From positions 17,524,784 through 17,588,783 of the forward strand of contig CM121341.1 of NCBI GenBank assembly GCA_051530055.1: a DNA stretch of 64,000 nucleotides. The letters run 5' to 3'. How positions within the stretch are numbered: position 1 is the stretch's first letter; each line of letters opens with the position of its first letter. Source of the stretch: Neoechinorhynchus agilis. Lineage: Eukaryota; Animalia; Acanthocephala. Position numbers and translations under genes: made by a program. The notes under the pieces were generated by a model that saw nothing but the letters and a program-made list of their open reading frames with translations, was not told where the DNA came from and made no database searches. Shown piece by piece: positions 44,178 to 55,011 of this stretch.

Positions 44178-46187
44178 TTAACTTAGCTTAACGCGTTCAA
44201 TTTGTGTGACTCTTGATTGTGCGCACCTAAAAAGCAAAAGGACGTTGAACGCAAATAGTATGAGACTTGAGGTTGGTGTTGCCGGATACACGTTCCATGA
44301 GTACTCAATACTCAAAAGCTGAACAAGGCTAAATATTGAGATTATGTTTTGATCTTATTTTATATCTAAAAATACCCGAGAACAGCATCGATATTGGTCT
44401 TAGTCACTGAATATAGAAGAAATGGAAGAGAATGGAAGTACCATGCATAGAATTGATAATGAAGGGATCGTGCGAAGCATATACCAATCAGGTTGCATTC
44501 AAATACGCATGTAAGAAGAGCTGTACTTGTCGGGATCGCTTTCTGTTTTAGAATCCTTAAGTAGAATGTTATTTATGCAAATTCTTTTTGTCCTATGAAC
44601 TACCTCGACCATCTTAATGTGGCGAATATCACAATACATGCAAAGTGTCCAAAAAGTAGTGGCCAGTGGAATTGTCGAGAAAGGAATATTTTTTCAGGAA
44701 CGAATTTCCAATTTACGGTCCATTTGTAGAGAAATACACGTCCTAGGTCAAAAGACCGCGTCAGATAACTAAGTGGGTATTTAGAGAGAAACGGATATCC
44801 TAGCGTCATCTAATCGATGGTGTTCTTTAAAAAACCGTTCAAAATTTTAATACTAACCTGAACTAAACCGCTCCATCCGATGAATTGCAGAGTTTCTATC
44901 ATGCCTTTGCGGATAAGAAGGAACAGAAATATCGCAGGGCTCGTCAGAAGAACGTTCATTTTGATTGACACTGCAATGCTTGATGGAGTTACGTTAGTGA
45001 AATCGCTCTATTAATCAATATCTTAGATTTTAGTTAAAGTAAGCTTTAAAGGAGCATCGACTTTCATCAACACTAATCATCCTGAAAACACGTTTGTGGA
45101 ACCAGTGAAGCCATATGGCCCCTTAAATGTGTTCTTGAATTTCATAGACTCAGTTCAGTGTATTTGTACGAACTAAATTTTCAATTGTATTCAGGGGTCA
45201 TGAGAACTGAAATCATCAGCAAGCATTCTTTTAATATTGAAGGTAAAATCACATTTTCTGCTGATGATGATGGTAAACGGGTTTTGGCGAGTAGTTATGA
45301 ATTACAGAAACCAGACTTTATTGGGACATTTCAACCGCGGAATTTAAGGCCGGAGATTTTGAAAGCAATAGGCGCGCTATCGCCCGGTCTAATTGCTCGA
45401 CAATCAGATTTCAATCTAGCGAATTTTTATAACTACTGAGAATACATAAATATTGAAATTTCTTTTTTTTAAAGGGACTTAATCGCTGTCAGAATTGTCA
45501 CGCAAATAAACTCAGGTCTAACCTGTAGAAAATTGCACTTTTTAAAGTTTTGTTTTTTATCAAAAAAAGTAAAGATAGATAGAATCCAGTCATCGCGATG
45601 CAATCATTGAACATTCTCAGAAGGTAGATCGAATGAACTCGCCGAGCTATAAGACTGGATAATAAAAATAGCGTAACTTGATTCTAAACGAAGATTTTAC
45701 CGATATCTAAAAATAAAAGAATGTTCATACTTTTCCTTCGTTTGAATAAATAATCCAGAGGATGATAATGGTTAGAAAATAGTCCAGAAAAAAGATAATC
45801 TGTCCAGCAAATACGTTCAATCCGCCATCTGTAAGTTTGTGGAGAATACTAAACACGTACAAATGTCCAGCTGGGTATCTAATTTTTATAAATTTGAGAC
45901 ATTGGATATGAAAAAGAAAAAAAGATTCTTACACAAGCGGACCAGTGTCGCCGGAAATATTGGCATAGTCGCGTTGACCATTCAAATATTGATTAGCTTG
46001 TTGCATATAAGTACTCCAGTCGATTTCTGTGTCTATGGATGCGAATAGGTATTAATTTACTTTATATGAATATAAGTTTACATGGAACTTTGACGAGAAT
46101 AAAGATGGAGATTATCAAGTCAAGTAGAAAGAGGAGGCAGTGAGTTAACGTTAAGTTTGCCTTCATGAACTTTGAGAGTTTAATCAT
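44178..46187 (-). CDS. ALG3: Dol-P-Man:Man5GlcNAc2-PP-Dol alpha-1,3-mannosyltransferase (7 exons, all GT-AG)
   Basis: VPY|TEIDW..GDTGPLV|YPAGH; [14 protein letters not shown]; SIAVSIKMN; [19 protein letters not shown]; [18 protein letters not shown]; WNVYPAT. Confidence 0.95.
45050..45439 (+). other. possible nested spliced ORF, antisense within an ALG3 intron
   Basis: two open segments joined in frame by gtattt..gtattcag; no known motif. Confidence 0.25.
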
Positions 46188-46384
46188 AATAGCGGTTTTC
46201 TTTACGATCACAAATATATCTACAAAGGTTATAGGAAATTTAAAGTGGATCTTAAAGTACGCATGGATATTTTGGTTTCGTTTTTGAATTTTCAAAACAT
46301 GAATGTTTTTAATTCCGACCAGTACGATTCACTGAAAACTCAACTTAGTTTCACATTCATTTTTTCAAATAAGTTTTGTTTGCA

Positions 46385-47040
46385 AAGTACAGTCGTCAGG
46401 ATCGCAGTATCCCTGAGATTAGGCCTACCGATTTGCATACCGCATCGCTGCCGCTGCGGCACTATAGTGGACTCTTCGGGGAGACACGGTCTCATATGCA
46501 AGACGTCATCGGGACGATTTCCAAGACATGCTGAAATCAATGCCATTCTGAGTAGGACCCTAAAAACGCTTTCCCTTTCAAACATTCTAGAACCCACTAA
46601 TCTTTTTAGATTAGATGGAAGACGCCCTGATGGCGTGACCGTATTTCCTTGGCGGAGGGAAAATGTTTGTTGTGGAATGCAACGTGTGTGGACACGTTGA
46701 CAAGCTCCAACATCAGCCACTCGAAAAAGGGTCCAGGAGGAGCGGCGACGGCTGCAGAGGATCGGAAATGCTCAAAATACAGGGAGCTAATCCGAAATTA
46801 CCATTTTGTCCCCTTCGGTGTGGAAACGTATGGGGCCTTGGGAGGGTCGGCACTGGCCCGCGTGAAGGAATTGGGGAAACGAATCAACGCGGCGACTTGA
46901 GAGCCAAGATCGACTTCGTTCCTAGCCCAAAAAATAAGCATTGCGGTGCAGCGGGGCAATGCGGCTAGCATTTTGGCCAGCGCCGATGAATAGGAGCGTC
47001 GAAGAAACTATAAATTATGTATGCTTGCTTAAAAAAACTC
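46385..47040 (+). mobile_element. CRE-like non-LTR retrotransposon, 5'-truncated 3' end
   Basis: VSLRLGLPICIPHRCRCG..GRHGLIC; RHAEIN; DGRRPDG; GKCLLWNATCVDT; FVPFGVETYG; IAVQRGNAASIL. Confidence 0.9.
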
Positions 47041-47563
47041 TTTCGTAAAAAGAATTTAGTTTTAAATTTTATATTTTTTCTAAAAAAATCCGGAAAGCGT
47101 AGACAACAATAATCCCATCAATTTTAGAACTCGATTTCGACAATTCGGAATTTAAGCGTTCTTTACTAGAATTTCAAAATCGAATCAAATTTTAACAAAA
47201 ATAGAATACGCGTAAATTATTTTTTTGCGAATTGCTCCGTAAGACGGATACACACATGGAAAGCGCCGGTCTTTCGGTTCATTCAAGCGTCATAGTTGGC
47301 TGCATTTGTCGGCCAATCATCGTAACAAGCACTCCAAACTTCACGGCTTAAGATTTGCTTTTAAACTTTGAAAATTGCGATCGAAATCAAAATGGAGTCT
47401 GCTGTCAGAATATATTTAATAAAGTGAACATTTAATGAAGGACTTAGAAAAACCCATATAAGTACACCGCACCAAAAATGATGAGAACCTTAAGAATGGA
47501 GTTTCGCCAATATTTAATAACTCATGCAATGTTATTTAATAAAAACTTTCAAAATCCTCAGTA

Positions 47564-48535
47564 TTAGCTTTCGTCGGGAGGCATTTGACTCTCCTCCAAC
47601 GCTATGGCATCATCCAAGGGACTCTTTATCGAACCTGGTCTAATATATTTACTTGGCAATTTTTTATCATTCTCCTTTTGAGTATCCGTTGGAGCGTCCA
47701 TATCAGCCACCTTGTCTTGATTTTCATTTTTTAACTCTGAGGTATTAGATTTTTTTGTTGCTGGTTCCTTTTCTTGTGAAGCGATCGGGTCAGCCGTGTT
47801 CAGTTCGTCTTGCTTTAACGCGGTTCTATCATTGTTCTCAACGTTATCCTCTTTAATTTCAAGTCCTTCCTTTGGTTGAGCGTTCTCCATTCCAATCGTG
47901 GTTTCCTCCGGCTTTTGTTTCTCTTCAAACAATCCTTTATCGTCCTTTAGATCAGTTTTTCTGTTTTGAAAAGTTTCATTTTTCTCATTAGATTCTGCAT
48001 TGCCCTCAATAGTATCGATTGGATCATCTGATGTTCCAACTGACTTTTTATGTGACAATTCCTTTTGTATTGCCGACTGACCATCCGTCAACTTATCTTG
48101 ACCGAGCGCATTTTGCGGCACAACACCCGATTTCTCTGACTATTTTAGGGATTTTTCTCCGGTGATTGTGGGATTTTTATTTACAGTTGTTAAACCCCCT
48201 TCCATTGCGGGCTGAGAATTCATCGGTTTATCTTGCGTCATTTCATTTTCTAAGGCCGAATTCTCGTTAGCTTTCGTAGATAAAGGTTTCGGCTGCTCAC
48301 GTTCAAGACTTAAAGGTTCCTCGGTTGCGTTTTCCACGGCGTTTGGATCCATCATTGTCGAGTTCATCTTAACCGAAGACTGTTCCACTTGTTCTTTTGC
48401 TGCTTTTTCACCTGCAACCTTGCTGGCTTCTGTTCGAATCTTGTTTTTGTCATTTATGGAAGATTTCGTAAACTCTGAAACTATTTTCGTTGGCAACCTT
48501 TCATCAGGCTTTTTATCAAGCTCAGAATTTCCCAA
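47564..48535 (-). pseudogene. duplicated PGK tail fragment with a nonsense codon
   Basis: near-identical to 22449-23420; TTG>TAG at ~48140; fused to gypsy sequence at 48536. Confidence 0.9.
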
Positions 48536-48536
48536 A

Positions 48537-51049
48537 TCTTAGGATAGGATTTTCAGAAGAGACACAGTTGTGTCAAATTTGTATACGACGGTCCGGGAGA
48601 TGAGCTATTGATACGTGGATCTAAAGAATTTTGTCAAGTGATGAATGCAAGTTTATTGGAAGCTCCACTATTTGAAAGTGTTAAGGATAACATCAAACCA
48701 ATAGCTAGTAGATCACGATTATATCGCCGCGAGGATCGAGACTTTATCCGTGGAGAGATTAACAGACTTTGAATGAAGGAGTGATTGAGCCGAGCAAATC
48801 TGCGTGGAGGGCTCAAATCGTCGTTGTAAAAGGTGAGCAGATCAAAGATAGAAAACGTATGTGTGGTTGACTACTCGTAAACTATGAACCAATATACTCG
48901 TTTGGATGCGTATCCCATACCTAACATGCATGAGATGGTCAATACAATCGTCCAATACAAAATATTTTCCACATTTGATTTAAAGAGTGCATACCATCAA
49001 GTGAGTATCCCAGAAAAGGAAAGGCCCTATACCGGATTCGAAGCAAATGGGAAGCTCTACCAGCTTACAAAAATTCCCTTTGGGGTTACCAATGAAGTTT
49101 CTGCATTTCAACGGGCTATGGAAGACATGATTGCACAGGAGAAGTTAAATTGCGTTTTTCCTTATGTGGACAATGTCACGATTACTGGGAACACCCAAGA
49201 AGAGCATGATGCGAATGTACAAAAATTATTGGCGGCTGCAAAACGACGTAATCTAAAACTGAAAGATAACAAATCAGTACGATCAGTAAGGAAGATAGAG
49301 CTAATGGGCTACAGCATCGCTAATAATATTATTTCACCGGATCCCGAAAGATTGCGACCCTTACTGGAACTCCCTGTTCCCTGCAATGCTTCTAGTTTTA
49401 GGCGTGTTGTTGGGATGTTCGCGTATTATGCGAAATGGATCGAAGGATTCTCGGACTAAATTGCGCCACTCATCGGATGCTGCAAATTCCCTATGAAGGC
49501 AGAAGAAGTATCTGCCTTAACTCAAGAGCATATTGGCGAAAGCATCGTTGGGGTCGATCGACGAAAATCAACCATTCACGGTAGAGTGTGACGCGTCAGA
49601 CATAGCGATTTCAGCAGTATTGAGTTAAAACAGTCGACCGGTCGCATTCATGTCCAGGACTTTGAACCTTACTGAATCCCTTTACACCGCTGCTGAAAAG
49701 GAAGCAATGGTTATAATAGAGGCGGTAAGGAAGTGGAGATATTTACTTTCTTCGAGTATAGCTTTTATGATGGATAGCAGGAAGAGAACGAAAATAAAAA
49801 ACAATAAAATTCTATCATGGCGGATAGAGGTAGCGGATCTAAGTTAAACCATTCGATATCGACCAGGACCTCAAAATTGGGCTGCAGATGCGTTTTCACG
49901 AGTATGTGCATCGACAACTGATGTAAATATGCTCTCTCGAATCCCCGACCAATTATGCCATCCAGGCGTGGCTAGGCTCATGCATTATGTTCGGTGCTGA
50001 ATCGAAGCCTCAATTTTACTCGCCCGACAAAGACCGTAATCAGCTCATTCAAGTCATAAAACCAATGGATCGCTTGTCCGTTGACTTTAAAGGACCTCTG
50101 CACTCCCCAATTAATAACAAATATTTGTTCACTGCGGTCGACGAATACAGCAGGTTTCCCTTTGCTATACCTTGTGCCGATATGAAGAGTACTACCGTCA
50201 TTCGGTGTTTAACTGAGATATTTTCGCTAGCGATCGAGGAATGCCGTTTCTAAGTTCGGATGTCAAGGATTTCCGTAGGAAGAGTGGTGTGTCAGTTAGT
50301 AAGACGACTCCATACCACCCGATGGGCAATGGTCAAATCGAAAAGTTTAATGGAACGATTTGGAAAGCTGTCTGCCTAGCACTCAAAACTAGAAATATGA
50401 ACCTGGCCAGATGGGAGGAAGTTTTGCCTGTCGCAATGCATTCGATTCGATCGCTGCTTGTTCGAACTTCAAATGCGACTCCGCACGAACGCTTCTTCAC
50501 CTTCCCGCGACGTTCGGGATTGGGGACGGCATTGCCAGATTGGCAAGTTTGACCCTTTCGTTCAGGAAGTGGAACTTTTGGAAGCCAATCCGTCCTATGC
50601 GCATATTCGTTAACCGAATGGTATTGAATCGACAGTATCCACGAGGGATTTAAGTCGATTACCGAGCGAAATTCCAAGCTTAGCTAAATCCGAAAGAGGT
50701 ATAGCGGAGAATCCAACGGCTGAGAACGACGAACCGAAGGAAATGGATGATGATTCGCAGGGAGACGAAATACTTCCAACTCACTCAGACCATGACCAAC
50801 CAAGTGGAAGCTCTATTACGGAAGAGCTGAAGGAACCTCCCTCCCCTTTTGCGCAGATCAACAAGAATTAAAAAGGTGCCGCTGAAGTATCCACAATAAA
50901 ACAACCGGAAAAAAAGGAAAAAGATGGGGAAAATGACGTAAAATGCGTGATGGCGTGTATCGATTGTTATTGTGGTAATCGTTTTTTTGTGTGCATTTTT
51001 GTAGCAATGTTACGAGTTGATTAAAAACCTTTGTTCCGGTTTCACCACA
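48537..51049 (+). mobile_element. partial inverted duplicate of the 23518 gypsy element (RT-RH-IN plus one LTR, 50934-51049)
   Basis: identical ORF translations; coordinates sum to 74567 with the first copy. Confidence 0.95.
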
Positions 51050-51146
51050 GGGTTGATGCCGTTTAAAATTTGTTATAAGCTGCAAATAGTAAATTAGTAA
51101 TTACTCATGCAATGTTATTTAATAAAAACTTTCAAAATCCTCAGTA

Positions 51147-53624
51147 TTAGCTTTCGTCGGGAGGCATTTGACTCTCCTCCAACGCTATGGCATCATCCAA
51201 GGGACTCTTTATCGAACCTGGTCTAATATATTTACTTGGCAATTTTTTATCATTCTCCTTTTGAGTATCCGTTGAAGCGTCCATATCAGCCACCTTGTCT
51301 TGATTTTCATTTTTTAACTCTGAGGTATTAGATTTTTTTGTTGCTGGTTCCTTTTCTTGTGAAGCGATCGGGTCAGCCGTGTTCAGTTCGTCTTGCTTTA
51401 ACGCGGTTCTATCATTGTTCTCAACGTTATCCTCTTTAATTTCAAGTCCTTCCTTTGGTTGAGCGTTCTCCATTCCAATCGTGGTTTCCTCCGGCTTTTG
51501 TTTCTCTTCAAACAATCCTTTATCGTCCTTTAGATCAGTTTTTCTGTTTTGAAAAGTTTCATTTTTCTCATTAGATTCTGCATTGCCCTCAATAGTATCG
51601 ATTGGATCATCTGATGTTCCAACTGACTTTTTATGTGACAATTCCTTTTGTATTGCCGACTGATCATCCGTCAACTTATCTTGACCGAACGCATTTTGCG
51701 GCACAACACCCGATTTCTCTGACAATTTTAGGGATTTTTCTCCGGTGATTGTGGGATTTTTATTTACAGTTGTTAAACCCCCTTCCATTGCGGGCTGAGA
51801 ATTCATCGGTTTATCTTGCGTCATTTCATTTTCTAAGGCCGAATTCTCGTTAGCTTTCGTAGATAAAGGTTTCGGCTGCTCACGTTCAAGACTTAAAGGT
51901 TCCTCGGTTGCGTTTTCCACGGCGTTTGGATCCATCATTGTCGAGTTCATCTTAACCGAAGACTGTTCCACTTGTTCTTTTGCTGCTTTTTCACCTGCAA
52001 CCTTGCTGGCTTCTGTTCGAATCTTGTTTTTGTCATTTATGGAAGATTTCGTAAACTCTGAAAATATTTTCGTTGGCAACCTTTCATCAGGCTTTTTATC
52101 AAGCTCAGAATTTCCCAGATTTAAATCCTTTTTTATAGAACTATCAACCGCGATTGATCCTACAGCCTTGCCACTTAACCGATCGTCAACATTCTCGGAT
52201 TTGAATTTCTCTACGTTGACTTCTTGGGGCGTCTCTTCAAGTTGTGCGGCGCTTGGTTTCGAATTGTCGGCGCTCGCAATAGAACTCGAAATTCGTTCAG
52301 TGTTCTCGGTAGGTACGCTTCCTTTGATAGCAGACGACTGCCTAATAGACGCCACCTTGGATTTTCTGGCAGCTTCAGTGACATCGGTCAAAGCTGCTAT
52401 TCCAGGTAGCTCCTTTCCTTCTAAAAATTCCAAGGATGCTCCACCACCAGTACTCACATGCGAAAATTTGGATTTAAACCCGAACTTTGCAGCAGCCGCT
52501 CCAGTATCGCCGCCACCAATTACACTGATGAGTCCTCGAGTTGTAGCTTCTGCAAGAGTAACCATCAATTCCTTTGTTCCGCTGGCAAATTCGTCTTTCT
52601 CAAAGACTCCAACTGGCCCATTCCAAAGTACCGTTTTTGCGCTTTCAATCATTGATTTAATCTTTTCAACTGACTTTGGGCCAATATCCATTCCTGCGTA
52701 TCCTTCCTGTATTCCATCCTGAGCATTAAAGACAACCACGCCTTCTACTTCGGTACCGTCCGCACTCTTCGAACAATTAAAATCTTCAGGCAAATAAACT
52801 TCAACGTTTCGTTCAATAGCAACTTTCATAATCGATTCCACTTCATTTGCGCCTTCCTCGTCATAAAGACTAGATCCGATTTTTGTGTTTTGTAGAACTT
52901 TCAAAAACGTGAACGTCATTCCTCCAGCAATAACGATCGAATCGACTTTTTCAATTAAATTCCACAAAAGCTTCGTCTTATCGCTGACTTTCGATCCTCC
53001 GATTATCGCCAAAAACGGTTTTGCTGGATTGGTTGTCAATGTACCCAAAGCTTCCAATTCCTTTTCCATCAACAAGCCCATAGCTCGCGAGGGTACATCG
53101 ATCCCAACAATTGAACTATGAGCTCTATGAGCCGTACCAAATGCATCGTTTATATATACGTCACACAGACTTGTCAATTCGCGTCTAAATGTAAGAACGT
53201 CTTCATTCGGTTCACCCCCATCGTCCAGCATCGCCATCTCTTCCTCTGGATAAAATCTCAAATTCTCTAGAACAATAACTCCACCATTTGTCACTTGAGA
53301 GACGTTCTTCACAACGCAAGGTCCTTTGCAATCGTTGATGAACGTTACGCGCTCCTTTAAATTTCGAGCCAGAATTTTGGCTGCTGGCAAGAGACTTTGC
53401 TTCTCATCTCTTCCTTTTGGTCTTCCCAAATGACTAACCAAAACAATGCATCGAGGATTCTTTGATTTGACTAAAGATATCGTCTCCAAAGTTTCGGTTA
53501 TCCTCGTTGCGTCTGTAACGTTTCCTTGTTCGTCCAATGGAACATTGTAGTCCACTCGAATCATCACTCGCTTATTTTCAAGATCAACATCTCTTACGCT
53601 CAATTTTCCTGTCATATTGTTCAT
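51147..53624 (-). CDS. PGK: second full copy of the long-tailed phosphoglycerate kinase
   Basis: 825 aa; 7 amino-acid differences from the 20943 copy. Confidence 0.95.
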   Translation of the reverse strand: MNNMTGKLSVRDVDLENKRVMIRVDYNVPLDEQGNVTDATRITETLETISLVKSKNPRCIVLVSHLGRPKGRDEKQSLLPAAKILARNLKERVTFINDCKGPCVVKNVSQVTNGGVIVLENLRFYPEEEMAMLDDGGEPNEDVLTFRRELTSLCDVYINDAFGTAHRAHSSIVGIDVPSRAMGLLMEKELEALGTLTTNPAKPFLAIIGGSKVSDKTKLLWNLIEKVDSIVIAGGMTFTFLKVLQNTKIGSSLYDEEGANEVESIMKVAIERNVEVYLPEDFNCSKSADGTEVEGVVVFNAQDGIQEGYAGMDIGPKSVEKIKSMIESAKTVLWNGPVGVFEKDEFASGTKELMVTLAEATTRGLISVIGGGDTGAAAAKFGFKSKFSHVSTGGGASLEFLEGKELPGIAALTDVTEAARKSKVASIRQSSAIKGSVPTENTERISSSIASADNSKPSAAQLEETPQEVNVEKFKSENVDDRLSGKAVGSIAVDSSIKKDLNLGNSELDKKPDERLPTKIFSEFTKSSINDKNKIRTEASKVAGEKAAKEQVEQSSVKMNSTMMDPNAVENATEEPLSLEREQPKPLSTKANENSALENEMTQDKPMNSQPAMEGGLTTVNKNPTITGEKSLKLSEKSGVVPQNAFGQDKLTDDQSAIQKELSHKKSVGTSDDPIDTIEGNAESNEKNETFQNRKTDLKDDKGLFEEKQKPEETTIGMENAQPKEGLEIKEDNVENNDRTALKQDELNTADPIASQEKEPATKKSNTSELKNENQDKVADMDASTDTQKENDKKLPSKYIRPGSIKSPLDDAIALEESQMPPDES

Positions 53625-53657
53625 CTTTAGTGATTTTGATCAGGTAGCCGTACTTTT

Positions 53658-53671
53658 GTTTCCATGGTAAC
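53658..53671 (-). promoter_or_regulatory. candidate RFX X-box upstream of the second PGK
   Basis: GTTACCATGGAAAC, a near-palindromic X-box consensus. Confidence 0.55.
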
Positions 53672-53726
53672 TGCAGTTGCTTCAAAATGTAAATGATCGA
53701 TAGAAAATTACGCGGGTTAATCAAAG

Positions 53727-53873
53727 TATACTTTTGGTGAACATAATCCCGGTCATAACCTATTTTATTTATTTGAGATATTTCGCGAGGTAACCTCGCC
53801 TCATCAGTCATTGTTTGCAAGTGTTTACGACATTAAATAGGTTATGACCGGGATTATGTTCACCAAAAGTATA
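53727..53873 (-). mobile_element. 147 bp hairpin element (39 bp perfect TIR) enclosing a hammerhead motif at 53771-53813
   Basis: TIR tatacttttggtgaacataatcccggtcataacctattt; caatga-CTGATGA-G-GCGAGG tta CCTCGC-GAAA-TA-T-C-tcaaat. Confidence 0.8.
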
Positions 53874-54139
53874 AAATATAAATGATCATGTAAATAAATC
53901 AGCATTTTCTAACGCTAATGACAAAATTTAAGTTGAATCGATTCAGCTTCTAAATTGAAATGAAGGTGGTCTTGTTTTGCGAAAAAGGTAACTTTCGATC
54001 TGAGATCCAATTTTGCCAGGCCACGAGATTTTCGTACCAGTTGCCTTCTCTATGTATGAATTAAAAAAGCTTTATTATGCACTATTTTAGATTGCCGGTT
54101 TTAAGCCAAAAATTAAGATATAAATTGTTGAGATAATTT

Positions 54140-55011
54140 TCACATAAAATTTAATTTTTTTTTTGAATGAAAAATTAAATCTAATGACCGTAGAGCGCCT
54201 AAACGAACATAGTAAAATGTACTTTTTTAAATTGGACCAAATAAACATTTTATTGCAGGTTCGCATTGAAGCACATAAGAGTCATCTATAAAGCGTTATT
54301 TAACTTAGCTTAACGCGTTCAATTTGTGTGACTCTTGATTGTGCGCACCTAAAAAGCAAAAGGACGTTGAACGCAAATAGTATGAGACTTGAGGTTGGTG
54401 TTGCCGGATACACGTTCCATGAGTACTCAATACTCAAAAGCTGAACAAGGCTAAATATTGAGATTATGTTTTGATCTTATTTTATATCTAAAAATACCCG
54501 AGAACAGCATCGATATTGGTCTTAGTCACTGAATATAGAAGAAATGGAAGAGAATGGAAGTATCATGCATAGAATTGATAATGAAGGGATCGTGCGAAGC
54601 ATATACCAATCAGGTTGCATTCAAATACGCATGTAAGAAGAGCTGTACTTGTCGGGATCGCTTTCTGTTTTAGAATCCTTAAGTAGAATGTTATTTATGC
54701 AAATTCTTTTTGTCCTATGAACTACCTCGACCATCTTAATGTGGCGAATATCACAATACATGCAAAGTGTCCAAAAAGTAGTGGCCAGTGGAATTGTCGA
54801 GAAAGGAATATTTTTTCAGGAACGAATTTCCAATTTACGGTCCATTTGTAGAGAAATACACGTCCTAGGTCAAAAGACCGCGTCAGATAACTAAGTGGGT
54901 ATTTAGAGAGAAACGGATATCCTAGCGTCATCTAATCGATGGTGTTCTTTAAAAAACCGTTCAAAATTTTAATACTAACCTGAACTAAACCGCTCCATCC
55001 GATGAATTGCA
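54140..55011 (-). pseudogene. duplicated 3' half of ALG3 with a W>stop mutation
   Basis: near-identical to ~44005-44890; TGG>TGA at ~54561; 5' end truncated at the gypsy junction. Confidence 0.9.
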
